Positions 52,669 through 63,151 of a stretch of DNA of 64,000 nucleotides are shown here, in pieces. The stretch spans positions 131,517 to 195,516 of the forward strand of contig JAHFLD010000002.1 of assembly GCA_023245035.1 (NCBI GenBank). Reading direction: 5' to 3'. Position 1 is the first letter of the stretch. Every line of letters begins with the position of its first letter. The DNA is from Candidatus Harrisonbacteria bacterium. Its GTDB lineage: Bacteria; Patescibacteriota; Minisyncoccia; UBA6257; 1-14-0-10-40-38. Both the position numbers and the translations under genes were made by a program. Below the pieces are notes generated by a model. The model ran no database searches. It saw only the letters and a list, made by a program, of their open reading frames with translations, and was not told the DNA's origin.

Positions 52669-53547
52669 TCAACCCACAATTACCGGTTTTTTTCCTTCAA
52701 CCTGCAAGAGACGCGGAATAAAGATGCCGTTTCGCAAAAATCCTTTGAGGATTTTGACGCGTTTTTTGTCGGGAAACTTGTGGGCGACGAGTTCCGGCGT
52801 GCCCATGGTCCAGACGCCCGGCTCGGGATTAAGAGCCCGAACCAGACGATCCAGATCGAGCGCCGCTTGGCCGCCTTTAGTTAAGGCATCGCGAACTTTA
52901 TCCGGCAAAACATAGGCCTCGGCGGTGCTGATTTTTTTGGTCACCGTGGCCTGATGGTGGTCTTGTTCCTGTGGAGTTATTTTTCCCGAGATAAATTGGG
53001 GAATGGAATCCAAAATCAGACTGGCGGAGTTTAGGGCGAGCTTGGTTTCGAGTGAGATATAGTCATCATTGGGCTCAATAGGCAAGGAGCGCAGGGAAAT
53101 TATCGGGCCGTGATCGGTTTTCTCGTCCAAGACATAAAGCGTAACGCCGGTCTCTGAATCGCCGGAGAGTATGGCTTGTTGAATAGGCGAGGCTCCGCGA
53201 TTACGAGGCAGGAGTGATGGATGCACACCGATTGAGGCGTGGCGCGGAAGGCCAAAAACGCTGGCGGAAATTATCTGGGCATAGGCGGCGATCAGAAAAA
53301 AATCCGCTTTTATATCCCGCAGTTCGTTAATGATTTCTTCGGGGCGTTCCGGTTGAAAAATGGGAAAAGTCAATTTTTTGGCCAGCGCAAATTGCTTGGT
53401 GAGCGGCGCAGTTAACTTACGATGCTTGCCGGCGGCGCGATCGGGATTACAAACCAGAGCCAGCGGGGGATGACCGGCGCGAACCAGTTCCTGCAGAATT
53501 ATTTCCGCGAATCGGGGACTGCCAAAAAAACAATAATTCAGTTTCAT
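52669..53547 (-). CDS. fmt: methionyl-tRNA formyltransferase
   Basis: N-terminal formyltransferase domain (FFGSPRFA..., HPSLLPRNRGASPIQQAIL). Overlaps def by 4 nt. Confidence 0.85.
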   Translation of the reverse strand: MKLNYCFFGSPRFAEIILQELVRAGHPPLALVCNPDRAAGKHRKLTAPLTKQFALAKKLTFPIFQPERPEEIINELRDIKADFFLIAAYAQIISASVFGLPRHASIGVHPSLLPRNRGASPIQQAILSGDSETGVTLYVLDEKTDHGPIISLRSLPIEPNDDYISLETKLALNSASLILDSIPQFISGKITPQEQDHHQATVTKKISTAEAYVLPDKVRDALTKGGQAALDLDRLVRALNPEPGVWTMGTPELVAHKFPDKKRVKILKGFLRNGIFIPRLLQVEGKKPVIVG

Positions 53548-54098
53548 ACCGTGTCTTCGGAAATAAGCGGCTCTTCGGCCGTGGGGAGGTAGATTTTTTT
53601 GGCCTTATCAACAAATAAAGTTCCGTGCAGGTGATCAACTTCGTGCTGAAAAATATGAGCCAGCAGTCCCCAGGCTTTAACGCGCAGCGGCTTGCCTTTG
53701 AGGTCAAAGCCGGTGAGGGTTACTTTGGCCGCGCGGGTTACCAAGCCGGTTGAGCCGATAACACTCAAACAGCCTTCTTCTAGGTCCTTGGTTTCTTGAT
53801 CAAGGCGCAAAACCGGATTTACGACCGTATAGAATTTGGGCCGACCGCCGCCTTCGGACGGAACTTCCGCCACAAAGAGGCGCAGGTTGAGACCGATCTG
53901 GTTGGCCGAGAGGCCGATGCCGTGAGCGCGTTTCATAATTGCCCGCATGATTTTGCCGACGCGCTGGAGTTCGGCGAGATTGATTTTGCCAAAATCAATC
54001 AATTCGGTTTTGCGGTGCAAAAAATCCGCCTGTTTTTTATCGTCAACGGTCAAAATTTCGCTCTTGGGCGTAATGTCTTCCAACTTCAAAGGAATCAT
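53544..54098 (-). CDS. def: peptide deformylase
   Basis: GIGLSANQIG, EGCLS and HEVDHLHG motifs. 184 aa. Confidence 0.9.
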   Translation of the reverse strand: MIPLKLEDITPKSEILTVDDKKQADFLHRKTELIDFGKINLAELQRVGKIMRAIMKRAHGIGLSANQIGLNLRLFVAEVPSEGGGRPKFYTVVNPVLRLDQETKDLEEGCLSVIGSTGLVTRAAKVTLTGFDLKGKPLRVKAWGLLAHIFQHEVDHLHGTLFVDKAKKIYLPTAEEPLISEDTV

Positions 54099-54388
54099 AC
54101 TTGAGTTCCACGGCGGGGAGCGCTTCGCTTAACTAGACGCATAAAGTAGGCCCCGTGATTTTTAATATCAGGTTTTTCGGCGATACTCTTGGCGAGGCTC
54201 AAAAGATAATCAGGATTGCCTTCTTTGGCAAGTTTAATGTAGAGTGCCCGATGCTCCATATCCCGAAGCGTAGTCGCGATAGAGAGGCCGATTAATTGGT
54301 GCGAGGTGGTGACTCGGGTGTTTTGAGCGCGTTCTTTGAGGTTGCGCAGGTAGTCGAGGCGTGCTTCGTGAAGGTCCTTCATGTACAA
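54095..54388 (-). CDS. hypothetical protein upstream of def-fmt
   Basis: 97-aa ORF overlapping the def start by 4 nt. No domain recognised. Confidence 0.35.
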   Translation of the reverse strand: MYMKDLHEARLDYLRNLKERAQNTRVTTSHQLIGLSIATTLRDMEHRALYIKLAKEGNPDYLLSLAKSIAEKPDIKNHGAYFMRLVKRSAPRRGTQV

Positions 54389-54430
54389 TCAAGTATAACA
54401 GAAATTGAGCGCGAAAGAATAATCCACATC

Positions 54431-54994
54431 ATGAAAAAACGGCTTTTTATCGGCTTGGCTTTGCCGAATGAAATCAAAAAACATCTCAAACGCGAGATGG
54501 AAAAAATTAGTCCTCGCCTGCAAGACGCGCGCGTGGTAAAACCGGATTTGTGGCACATTACGCTGCTCTTTTTGGGATATCAGGAGGATGAGTTCTTGCC
54601 GGCGATAATTGAGGCCTTACAGAAGGCCGGTGAGGCGTTTTCGCCGCCATTGATTAAATTTTCCCACATGGCCACCCACCCGCAAAAAAAACCGAGGGTT
54701 TTGTGGGTTGAGACCGATCAGGCGACGGCGGAAATACTTCGGCCAATCAAAAATCTTTTAGAGGAGTCAGTTCTCGCCTCGGGATTGCCACTTGATCCCG
54801 ATATTCACCCCTTGCGACCACATATAACCTTGGCAAGAATTGAAGAGAGGGCGAGAATAGAAGTTAATCCAATTTCATTAACTGATTCATTTGAGGCCGA
54901 AACTTTGGAACTTTTTGAATCTATTTTGGACGCAAACAACGGGCCGGAATACATAACGCTTCAGCGTTTTGCATTTGGCGAGAAAACAGACTAG
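54431..54994 (+). CDS. thpR: RNA 2',3'-cyclic phosphodiesterase (2H family, ThpR/LigT)
   Basis: Two H-x-T/S-x motifs (WHITLLFLG and PHITLARI). Start placed at MKKRLFIGL. Confidence 0.75.
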   Translation: MKKRLFIGLALPNEIKKHLKREMEKISPRLQDARVVKPDLWHITLLFLGYQEDEFLPAIIEALQKAGEAFSPPLIKFSHMATHPQKKPRVLWVETDQATAEILRPIKNLLEESVLASGLPLDPDIHPLRPHITLARIEERARIEVNPISLTDSFEAETLELFESILDANNGPEYITLQRFAFGEKTD

Positions 54995-55011
54995 AATAGC
55001 GTTACTGATAT

Positions 55012-56235
55012 ATGACTGAAAATCATCGTTCGATTCGTCTTTTTGCGGGGATAGCCATTGCTTCGCTGTTGGTTAGCGGCGGAGTTTTTTACTCCGGTTA
55101 TCGCACCGGAACGGCGCACTCGGGAAGCGTTGTCGTTACCGGAGTAAATAACGCGACCGCGAGCGAAGCGCCGGCGGATTTTAAAATTTTTTGGGAAGTT
55201 TGGAGCAAGCTTAAGAACGAACACTTGAACGGTGGCGAGGCGAATAACCAGGATTTAATTTATGGAGCGGTTTCCGGCTTGACCAACGCGCTGGGCGATC
55301 CGCATACAATTTTTCTAAAGCCGGTAATCTCCCAGAAGTTTGAGCAGGATTTGCGGGGAGTTTTTGGCGGTATCGGAGCGGAAATCGGCATTAAAAAAGA
55401 TCAGTTGGTGGTGGTGGCGCCGCTTAAGGATTCGCCGGCGGAAAAAGCGGGGATTAAGGCCGGTGATCGAATTTTGAAAATCGGGGAGACTTTTACCGAT
55501 GGCATTACCATTGATGACGCGGTGACCAAGATTCGCGGGCCAGTCGGAACTCCGGCACTGCTAGCCATTTTCCGCGAGGCCTGGGAAAAGCCGAAGGATT
55601 TCTCGATTACGCGGGAGATAATCCGAATTCCGACGCTTAAGTGGAATAATCGCGATGACGGCTTGGTTCATATTCAACTTTATAACTTTAACGAGAACGC
55701 GCCGCAGGAATTTTTCCGCGAGGCCTCGGCGTCACTGCTTAATCCGCCGAAGGGAATTATTTTGGATATGCGCAACAATCCGGGCGGATTTTTAGATGTG
55801 GCGGTCAACTTGGCCGGCTGGTTTTTGGACAAGAATTCACTGGTGGCCAGCGAGGAGTTTCGCTCCAAGGAACGGCGTGAATTTCGCACCAACGGCAACG
55901 CCGCTTTTGCCAAGGTACCCCTGGTAATTTTGGTTAACGAGGGTTCGGCTTCGGCTTCGGAAATTTTGGCCGGAGCTCTGCGCGATTTGCGAGCAATCCC
56001 GCTGATTGGCAAGAAGACTTTCGGCAAAGGAAGCGTGCAGGATCTGCAAACTTTGAGCGATGGTTCAAAACTAAAGCTCACGATAGCGCATTGGTTAACG
56101 CCTAAAGACGGATTAATTGATAAGGTTGGTATTCCGGTTGATTTTGAAGTTGAGGTCACCGAGGAAAACAGCAAAGACGGCAAGGATCCACAACTGGCGA
56201 AGGCTCTAGAGGTATTGAAGGCAAAAATTAAATAA
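55012..56235 (+). CDS. ctpA: carboxyl-terminal processing protease (S41 family)
   Basis: PDZ domain ([11 protein letters not shown]) and S41 catalytic region ([15 protein letters not shown]...KTFGKGSVQ). Confidence 0.85.
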   Translation: MTENHRSIRLFAGIAIASLLVSGGVFYSGYRTGTAHSGSVVVTGVNNATASEAPADFKIFWEVWSKLKNEHLNGGEANNQDLIYGAVSGLTNALGDPHTIFLKPVISQKFEQDLRGVFGGIGAEIGIKKDQLVVVAPLKDSPAEKAGIKAGDRILKIGETFTDGITIDDAVTKIRGPVGTPALLAIFREAWEKPKDFSITREIIRIPTLKWNNRDDGLVHIQLYNFNENAPQEFFREASASLLNPPKGIILDMRNNPGGFLDVAVNLAGWFLDKNSLVASEEFRSKERREFRTNGNAAFAKVPLVILVNEGSASASEILAGALRDLRAIPLIGKKTFGKGSVQDLQTLSDGSKLKLTIAHWLTPKDGLIDKVGIPVDFEVEVTEENSKDGKDPQLAKALEVLKAKIK

Positions 56236-56240
56236 CCCAG

Positions 56241-56666
56241 GTGATGCAGGTTATCTTCCTTAAGGACGTTAAAGGAATCGGCCGAAGAATGGAGGCGAAA
56301 AACGTGGCCGACGGCTACGCGAAAAATTTTTTGTTTCCACGAGGACTCGCGATTCCGGCTACCGACTCGGCGCTAACCGAGAAGAAAAAAACCGAAGCGG
56401 CGGAGATTACGGCGCGGGAGACGCTTGTCTTGAAAGCAAAAAACCTGGAAGCGCTAAATATTTCTTTCAAAGTCGCTTCCGGAAAAAACGGGGAAGTTAT
56501 CGGCGGCGTGACCGCCGAGGATATACGGCGCGATCTTGAGTCGCGCGGTTTTAGCCCGCAGAAAATTGAACTTACTCATTCTTTGCGCAAGTTTGGCGAG
56601 CATGAGGTGGAAATTGAACTTGGTCACGGAATTAAGTCTAAAATCAGAATCACGATTAGAAATTAA
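56241..56666 (+). CDS. rplI: 50S ribosomal protein L9
   Basis: [36 protein letters not shown]. 141 aa. Confidence 0.85.
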   Translation: MMQVIFLKDVKGIGRRMEAKNVADGYAKNFLFPRGLAIPATDSALTEKKKTEAAEITARETLVLKAKNLEALNISFKVASGKNGEVIGGVTAEDIRRDLESRGFSPQKIELTHSLRKFGEHEVEIELGHGIKSKIRITIRN

Positions 56667-56716
56667 AACGCGCCAGACATGGCGCGTTTTAAGATGAGAA
56701 AACCAAGAAGGGAAAT

Positions 56717-56995
56717 TTATTTACTAACCACGCTGATTCTGGTCGCGTAGCGGCGATTGCCGTCAAACTTAATCTTCTTGACCGGCTTGTAAACCACCGT
56801 GCCGCTAACTCCGGCGTAGAGGCTATCATCTCCGGCGCGGCGGACGTTCTTTCCCGGGAGATAGCGAGTGCCTCGCTGACGCAGGATAATTTCACCGGCG
56901 CCAACCGCTTCGTTGTGATTAACTTTAACGCCAAGGCGTTTAGAGATAGAGTCGCGGCCTAATTTGGTAGAGCCGCCTGATTTGGTATGAGCCAT
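56717..56995 (-). CDS. rpmA: 50S ribosomal protein L27
   Basis: MAHTKSGGSTKLGRDSISKRLGVK...ILRQRGTRYLPG. 92 aa. Confidence 0.9.
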   Translation of the reverse strand: MAHTKSGGSTKLGRDSISKRLGVKVNHNEAVGAGEIILRQRGTRYLPGKNVRRAGDDSLYAGVSGTVVYKPVKKIKFDGNRRYATRISVVSK

Positions 56996-57062
56996 ATTTT
57001 AATTAGAAGGGACAGACGTATTTGGCGCATTTCTCCCTTCGGGAGACAGGTCTTTGTTGCGA
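56996..57062 (-). pseudogene. GIY-YIG 5' remnant with the R4 hairpin (TCTCCCTTCGGGAGA) directly upstream of rpmA
   Basis: The minus strand reads ...GGGAGAAATGCGCCAAATACGTCTGTCCCTTC..., which keeps the ATGCGCCAAAT start of the intact copy at 35110. Confidence 0.45.
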
Positions 57063-57144
57063 GCGCTCAAATCCGTAAGTCCTATTTTTGTCCAGCTTTT
57101 CTTTTTCCGATATTTTTTAGTCTTGTCATTATAGTCTATACTGA

Positions 57145-57870
57145 TTGCATATGTCAACCAAGAAGCGGCTGGTGTTTGATATTGAGACGATTGGCGAGGA
57201 TTTTGACGCCTTGGACGAGACAACTAAGTCGTCGCTGACCCGCTGGATTGAACGCGAAGCCTACGACACCGAAGAATATCACCGTTCGCTCACTGATTTG
57301 AAAAACGGACTTGGGTTTTCGCCGCTAACCGGAGAAATTGTGGCGGTCGGGGTTTTGGACATTGACCGGGAAAAGGGCGGGGTTTATTTTCAGTCGCCGG
57401 ATAAAAAGATGGAGCGCTTTGAGGAGGACGGCATTACCTTTGAAGCGATGACTGAGGCCGAGATTTTGAAAAAATTTTGGGAGATTGCCGCGCAGTATAA
57501 TCTGTTTGCCACCTTTAACGGGCGGCCGTTTGACGCGCCGTTTTTGATGATTCGATCGGCGATTCACGGAATTCGCCCCAGCAAAAATCTGATGGCGGGG
57601 CGATACTTATCTCAACAGCACGCCGAGGCGGTGCATATTGATTTACTGGATCAGCTTTCGTTTATGGGAGCGGTTCGCAAAAAGGGCAGTTTGCATCTGT
57701 GGTCGCGGGCGTTTGGAATTAAGAGCCCCAAGAGCGAGGGCGTGACGGGAGACGACGTGGCTAAGCTCTTTGCTCAAAAAAAATACCTGGAGATTGCCAG
57801 ATACAACATCGGCGACCTACGGGCAACAAGGGAACTTTTCCGCAAATGGGAGGAGTTTCTTAATTTTTAG
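57145..57870 (+). CDS. DnaQ-like 3'-5' exonuclease (RNase H-like fold)
   Basis: RLVFDIETIG (Exo I DxE) and a later YNIGDL motif. 241 aa. Confidence 0.55.
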   Translation: MHMSTKKRLVFDIETIGEDFDALDETTKSSLTRWIEREAYDTEEYHRSLTDLKNGLGFSPLTGEIVAVGVLDIDREKGGVYFQSPDKKMERFEEDGITFEAMTEAEILKKFWEIAAQYNLFATFNGRPFDAPFLMIRSAIHGIRPSKNLMAGRYLSQQHAEAVHIDLLDQLSFMGAVRKKGSLHLWSRAFGIKSPKSEGVTGDDVAKLFAQKKYLEIARYNIGDLRATRELFRKWEEFLNF

Positions 57871-58080
57871 TTTATGTGGCGCAGGATACTTTTGTGGTTT
57901 GACCAATATGAAAAGATTATTTTAATCGCGGCGCTGGTCTCTGGCGTTAGCGCGGCGAGCTTTGCCATCGGCTACCTAATCGCCAATCGCAACGCCACTT
58001 CGCCGATCGTGATTCAAAAGGGTTGTAATGATAAAAATCTGCCGGGAATAGAGAGGCTGCAAAAGAATTAGGAGAAATAA

Positions 58081-58112
58081 AAAAATCCCCCGAAGTTTTT
58101 GGCTTCGGGGGA
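58081..58112 (-). terminator. intrinsic terminator of the 58254-58928 gene
   Basis: Minus strand reads CCCCCGAAGCCAAAAACTTCGGGGG followed by ATTTTTT. Confidence 0.6.
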
Positions 58113-58253
58113 GCGGACACAGGCTCGTTAGTTTTTTTAAGAACATATCGAGAATAGTCCGCTTTAAGAGAGGCGAGCGCGGAGTGGAGCACGCAGTAGT
58201 TCGAGTGGAATCTCCACAGCGCCACGTAAGTACTTCCATCCGTGCTCGTTGTG

Positions 58254-58928
58254 TCAGATTTCGCGCTTGCGGGCGGAGGCTAAGCCGAGGAGGAAGTCGC
58301 GATTATCACTATCGCGGGCGTTAATAACCAAGCCGTAGCTTCTACTGAAACTGCCGACGATGACCTGTTCGCCACTAGGAGCCTCATCTACACAGCGAAC
58401 GTAGATCTTCTCGAACAGGCGTTCGCCCTTATCCGCTGAAGCTCCGGCAGACAAGCTCGTCTTGAGGAAGTGACCGATGATGGTATAGACCATCACGCGC
58501 GCCTTGGGAGTCTCCTCGTTAGAGGCCAAAAGCGCCTGCTGTTCATCCCACGTCTTCGACGGGGAGTTCGCAACCGGCGTCTTTCGCACGAGATGCCACT
58601 CTGGAGTACCCCCATCTACGGCGAACGCTCGATTTTTGTACCAGGTCTCTCCTTCGAACAACTCCATCCGACTGGAAGGCGATAGCCAATTGGTGAACGG
58701 GTTACCTGGTGGGCGGGCCTTGTTGCGGATTCCCACGATCGAGATGGAGGGTGTTGCTACAAGAATGTGGCTATCTTTGCATGATTTGAGCGTTGCCTCG
58801 CTAAAAGGGACCTCCGCTAGGGCGGTGATCTCGTCGTTGCTTGGAATCAGTCCGAAGTGGCGGATGGCGTCTTCGATGCCGAAGAAGTTGCGCCCCATGA
58901 TCTGCTTGGCTTGCAAAACCGTGGTCAT
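58254..58928 (-). CDS. hypothetical protein (GC-rich; weak resemblance to the 5271-6005 family, e.g. LVRKTPVANSPSKTW vs IVSRRTPSTPRDFPIW)
   Basis: 224-aa ORF with its own terminator. The antisense ORFs are GC artefacts. Confidence 0.45.
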   Translation of the reverse strand: MTTVLQAKQIMGRNFFGIEDAIRHFGLIPSNDEITALAEVPFSEATLKSCKDSHILVATPSISIVGIRNKARPPGNPFTNWLSPSSRMELFEGETWYKNRAFAVDGGTPEWHLVRKTPVANSPSKTWDEQQALLASNEETPKARVMVYTIIGHFLKTSLSAGASADKGERLFEKIYVRCVDEAPSGEQVIVGSFSRSYGLVINARDSDNRDFLLGLASARKREI

Positions 58929-59003
58929 TCAAATCTCCTTCTGGAAATGGAAAAAATGTGAGTTGTAAAAGAACTTGGGGAGTATAATACATATTGTACT
59001 AAT

Positions 59004-59033
59004 TTGTCAATGACAGAGGCCTTGTGCTATAAT
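59004..59033 (+). promoter_or_regulatory. rnpB promoter (TTGTCA-18nt-TATAAT)
   Basis: TTGTCA at 59004-59009 and TATAAT at 59028-59033. Confidence 0.6.
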
Positions 59034-59038
59034 CCCAA

Positions 59039-59462
59039 TAGCTCATTGAGGCAGGTGATTGCGTCTCCCTAAGGGAGATGAGGAAAGTCCGGACACTATT
59101 TTCCGCCAATTGGCGGATCAAAAAAGGTAGCGATTCGACGCAAGTCGAATTCCAGGAGAAGCGAGGGAGCTTTGACTGGAGCTAACAGCCGTCTGCCGTA
59201 AGGCACGAGGTGCGAACAGAGACGTCCACGATTCGAAAGAATCGGGAGAACCTTATCCCAGCGCAACAGGTTCAGCTCCGCCATAGGGAATTAAAGCGGA
59301 GGTGCAACGGCTAAATCCTTACCGAGTGCAAGATCGTGTTCCGACGCCTTGCGGCGTCGGAAAGAATCGCTTGAGCCGCCGCGCAAGCGGCGGCCTAGAC
59401 AGATAATCACCGCTGGCCGATGAGGCTGGTTACAGAATCCGGCTTATGCCCGATGAGCTACA
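59039..59462 (+). ncRNA. rnpB: RNase P RNA (bacterial type A)
   Basis: P4 strands GAGGAAAGTCCGGAC and ACAGAATCCGGCTTAT. P1 pairing AGCTCAT...ATGAGCT. An intrinsic terminator follows at 59464-59494 (ACACCCCGCGGAAACGCGGGGTGT followed by TTGGTTT). Confidence 0.85.
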
Positions 59463-59511
59463 AACACCCCGCGGAAACGCGGGGTGTTTGGTTTGTCGGG
59501 CAGGAGTTTTT

Positions 59512-59940
59512 TTATTGGACCGCGGATTCCGGTGGGAGCGCGCCATCAAGCGCCAGGTTTACCATGCGGTCGGCGGCTTTGTTTTCTTCGCGCGGAACTT
59601 TATGGAAGCGAACGCTTTTAAAATCCTGACGCAGATTCCAGACTTCCACGAATAACTTTTGCAGTTCCGGTTCTTTGATCTTGTACTCGCCGAGCGCCTG
59701 CTTGTATAAGAGTTCGCTGTCGGTGTTGATGACGAGTTCAATTTCTTTTTTGGCGGCGGAACCAAAAAGCTGTTTGGCTTTTTTGAGCGCCAAAATGACC
59801 GCCATATATTCGGCGACATTGTTGGTGGTTTCGCCTAAAACTTTGGCGTAACCGCGTCCGTCAATCGTAAATCCTGAAGCGGCCGGTCCCGGGTTCCCGC
59901 GCGCGCCGCCGTCGGTAAAAATTATTATTTCTTTTCCCAT
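59512..59940 (-). CDS. rnhA: ribonuclease HI
   Basis: IFTDGGARGNPGPAASG and VAEYMAVILAL (DEDD residues). Start placed at MGKEIIIF. Confidence 0.85.
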   Translation of the reverse strand: MGKEIIIFTDGGARGNPGPAASGFTIDGRGYAKVLGETTNNVAEYMAVILALKKAKQLFGSAAKKEIELVINTDSELLYKQALGEYKIKEPELQKLFVEVWNLRQDFKSVRFHKVPREENKAADRMVNLALDGALPPESAVQ

Positions 59941-60782
59941 AGAAGCGGTTGATGAGTGTATTGCCAAGGAAAAACCTGACCTTCTTTTAACCGAAATCCG
60001 GAGGCGTTAGGATGGCCGCCGCCGCCATAGCGGGAGGAGATCTCCGCGAGATTGGCTCGCCCCTGGCCGCGAAGAGAAACTTTGACGCCTTCTTCGGTAG
60101 CATACCAGATTAGGGCGGCGTCGTAACCTCGTTTAACAATTTCATTGCCGGCTTGATCTTGCAAAAGCGAGCTGTTTAAGATGCCGACGCTTAAGTTTTC
60201 AAAGATGCCGTCCGAAACTCTTTTAAGGAGATCTTGAACTTGCGAGAGGGTTTTTTGGCGCAAAACCCTGCCTTCGCCGAGTATTTTTTTGAAGCTCAAG
60301 GCGTTTTTGAAATCACGCTCGGCGACATCCCAGGCGCGAAAGTCGTGAGGCAAAAGTTCCAACGCGGCGGCGATCCAATAGTCGCGCTCTGTTTTGAATT
60401 TCCAGAGGTCGCGCATTTCCACATAGCGCAAGAGTTTGGGGAGTGGTTTCGAGGGGTTAAAATATCTCCAGGCAAGGGCGGAGCCGGAATGCTTGGTGTC
60501 AAAGATTTTGTTCTCAATCAGATGAAGCAGAGCTTTGGAGCTTTCGTGGTGGTCAACAAAAACAAAGGAACCGGCTTGTTTGATAATGGCCTCCAGTTCT
60601 CGCTCGTGAATGCCAAAGTCAAGCAGATAGACTTCGGCGCCCTTAACTTCCGGCGGTATTAAATCATCGTAGTGAAGCGGCAGATAAACCGCCCGCGAGC
60701 CGAATTTTTTCCGCGCCGCCCAGGCGGCCCCAAAGCCGTCGGGGCAGTCGCCGTGGTAGAGAACGACGATTTTTTGTTTCAT
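59925..60782 (-). CDS. DHH/DHHA1 phosphoesterase (NrnA-like nanoRNase / pAp phosphatase)
   Basis: DCPDGFGAAWA, FVDHHESS (DHH) and YGGGGHPNASGF (DHHA1 GGGH). 285 aa. Confidence 0.75.
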   Translation of the reverse strand: MKQKIVVLYHGDCPDGFGAAWAARKKFGSRAVYLPLHYDDLIPPEVKGAEVYLLDFGIHERELEAIIKQAGSFVFVDHHESSKALLHLIENKIFDTKHSGSALAWRYFNPSKPLPKLLRYVEMRDLWKFKTERDYWIAAALELLPHDFRAWDVAERDFKNALSFKKILGEGRVLRQKTLSQVQDLLKRVSDGIFENLSVGILNSSLLQDQAGNEIVKRGYDAALIWYATEEGVKVSLRGQGRANLAEISSRYGGGGHPNASGFRLKEGQVFPWQYTHQPLLWEKK

Positions 60783-60793
60783 AGATTATGACT

Positions 60794-61891
60794 CTAACGG
60801 CTTTGATTAAGTATTTCAATGCCGGGCAATTTTTTGCCCGCGAGAAACTCCAGCATGGCGCCGCCACCGGTAGAAACAAGATCAAAAGATGAATCCAATT
60901 TAAGACTCCGCACTAGCGCGGTTGTTTCGCCCCCGCCAACAATTGAGTAGGAGTCGGAATTGGCGATGGCGCGAGCGAGTGCGATGGAGCCTTCGGCAAA
61001 ACGCGGATCTTCAAAAATTCCCATGGCGCCGTTCCAAACAACGGTTTTGGCTTGAGAGAGAATTTCGCCGAAGGCTTTGACGCTACGCGGGCCAATATCG
61101 CGGATTTTTTCCTCATCCCAAATGAAGTCTGTCGGCAAGATGAGTTTGGGGTTGGAGGCTATTTTTTTGGCGGCGGGAAGCAAGTCTAAATCCAGCGGCG
61201 AAGCTTTAACCTCCCGACCCAAAGCGGCCAGCAGAGTATTCCCAAGAACACCACCGACGAGCACGGCATCGGCAAGCTTGAGCATCGCCTCGGCGAAAGC
61301 CAGTTTTTCCGGAACCTTGGCGCCGCCAAGCAAAACTAACAGCGGGCGTTTTGGTTTTTGCAGAATACTGCCGAGAGCCTTGATTTCGGCCGCGAGTTGC
61401 AGACCGCAATATGATGGCAATAATTTAGGTAAGGTTGCGATTGAGGCATGGGCGCGATGACTGGCGGCAAAATCGTCGTTAACGTAGCCGTCGCCGAGTG
61501 TCGCCAAATTTTTGGCAAAGGTTGGATCGTTTCTTTCTTCGCCCGCGGAAAAGCGAAGGTTTTCCAGCAAAAAGAGACGGTGAGAGCTGGCGCGAAGCAA
61601 GTGGCGAATATTAGGAAAGTCAAAATCAGAAAAAAACGCCGGACGAATTCCCAGATGGCGCCCTAAAAACGGAAGGATGATTTTTAGACTCAAGGAATTG
61701 ACCGGTTGTTTGGGCCGGCCGCGATGAGCGAGGAGGACAACCCGACCGCCACGATCCAAAATAAAGCGGATAGTCGGCAGGGCGGAGAAGAGGCGAAAAT
61801 CCTCACTTGAATCTTGAACGTCAAAGCTCGAGCGGACCAGCCAAGCGCGTCCCATGATGTCGCCATGACTCAAATCGTGTAAGTATCGCAC
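60794..61891 (-). CDS. pgk: phosphoglycerate kinase
   Basis: N-terminal DLSHGDIMGRAWLVRSSFDV aligns to DLDLKGKRVLVRVDFNV. Hinge and C-terminal nucleotide-binding GGGETTALV... are present. 365 aa. Confidence 0.85.
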   Translation of the reverse strand: MRYLHDLSHGDIMGRAWLVRSSFDVQDSSEDFRLFSALPTIRFILDRGGRVVLLAHRGRPKQPVNSLSLKIILPFLGRHLGIRPAFFSDFDFPNIRHLLRASSHRLFLLENLRFSAGEERNDPTFAKNLATLGDGYVNDDFAASHRAHASIATLPKLLPSYCGLQLAAEIKALGSILQKPKRPLLVLLGGAKVPEKLAFAEAMLKLADAVLVGGVLGNTLLAALGREVKASPLDLDLLPAAKKIASNPKLILPTDFIWDEEKIRDIGPRSVKAFGEILSQAKTVVWNGAMGIFEDPRFAEGSIALARAIANSDSYSIVGGGETTALVRSLKLDSSFDLVSTGGGAMLEFLAGKKLPGIEILNQSR

Positions 61892-62087
61892 TGGATTATT
61901 ATAGCAGAGAGGTGCTAGCCGATTATTAATCTCCGGCTGATTTAAGAATCATAGAGAGAATCAAAAAAATAAGCGTGAAGAGGCATCTGGCAATTAATCA
62001 AAGGCGGCGTAGCCTTGCATCGAATAAGAGACGCTGTGCTTGCTTAGGGTTTGCCGGATAATGGATTTGTGTTAATTTGGCTATCAT

Positions 62088-63083
62088 ATGAAACTTGCCA
62101 TGGGAATCGTGGGTTTGCCGAACGTCGGCAAGTCCACGCTTTTTAAGATTTTGACCGCCAAGCCAGTCATGATCGCCAATTATCCTTTTTGCACCATTGA
62201 CCCGAATGTGGGAGTGGTAACCGTGCCCGACGAACGAGTCGCGCGACTCGCTAAGCTTTCCAATTCTAAAAAAACCGTGCCGGCGGTAATGGAATTTTTT
62301 GACATTGCGGGACTCGTGCGCGGCGCTTCCAAAGGCGAGGGCTTGGGCAATGCTTTTTTGTCGCATATTAAAGAGGTAACCGCGATAACGCATGTGGTGC
62401 GGATTTTTGAAAGTACGGAGATTACTCATGTGGAAAATAGCCTAAATCCGATTCGAGACATTGAAATTATTAACGCCGAACTGATTTTTAAGGATTTGGA
62501 TTTGGTAGAGAAGCGCTTGAAGCGAGCCGAAGCAGAGGCAAAAACCGGACAAAAAGCGGCGCAGAAGGATGCCGAAGTTTTGAAAAAAATGCTCGTAAAA
62601 TTAAACGAAGGGTCGCTGATTACGGAGTTCGCCGATGAGCCGGTGGCGCGAGAGATGCAACTTTTAACGACCAAGAAGCAAATTTTTCTTTTGAACGGCA
62701 ACGAGTCGGAGGTAACGCCAGAACTCCGGCAAAAAATCGCCTCCCTCGGCGCGGAATACGTGGTAGCGAACTTGGGTGAGGCGGAGGCTTTGCCGGAATT
62801 AATTACGGGGGCGTACCGAACGCTGAACTTAATCAGTTTTTTAACAACCGGCGAGGATGAGACACGGGCCTGGACGATACGCCAAGGAGAGACGGCGCCG
62901 CAGGCGGCCGGAGCAATTCATAGCGATTTTGAGAAAAAGTTTATTCGCGCCGAGGTGGTTTTTTGGGAGGATCTGATTAATGCCGGCGGTTGGGCGCAGG
63001 CGCGGCAAAAAGGTGTTTTGCGAACCGAGGGGAAGGGATATGTGGTGAGGGATGGAGATGTAATGGAAATCAAGCACGGGTAG
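62088..63083 (+). CDS. ychF: ribosome-binding ATPase YchF (Obg family)
   Basis: GIVGLPNVGKSTLF, NYPFCTIDPNVG and a TGS-like C-terminal domain. 331 aa. Confidence 0.9.
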   Translation: MKLAMGIVGLPNVGKSTLFKILTAKPVMIANYPFCTIDPNVGVVTVPDERVARLAKLSNSKKTVPAVMEFFDIAGLVRGASKGEGLGNAFLSHIKEVTAITHVVRIFESTEITHVENSLNPIRDIEIINAELIFKDLDLVEKRLKRAEAEAKTGQKAAQKDAEVLKKMLVKLNEGSLITEFADEPVAREMQLLTTKKQIFLLNGNESEVTPELRQKIASLGAEYVVANLGEAEALPELITGAYRTLNLISFLTTGEDETRAWTIRQGETAPQAAGAIHSDFEKKFIRAEVVFWEDLINAGGWAQARQKGVLRTEGKGYVVRDGDVMEIKHG

Positions 63084-63151
63084 ATTTTTACCACCGCATC
63101 TTTTTTTGATTTAGAGCTACAAGCCAACTCCTTTGTGGTATAATTTTAGGC

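Noticed and set aside
57874-58071. 65-aa ORF with one TM helix after the exonuclease gene
   Set aside because: It could be a real small membrane protein (4-nt spacing after the upstream stop), but there is no supporting evidence, so it is not listed as a feature.
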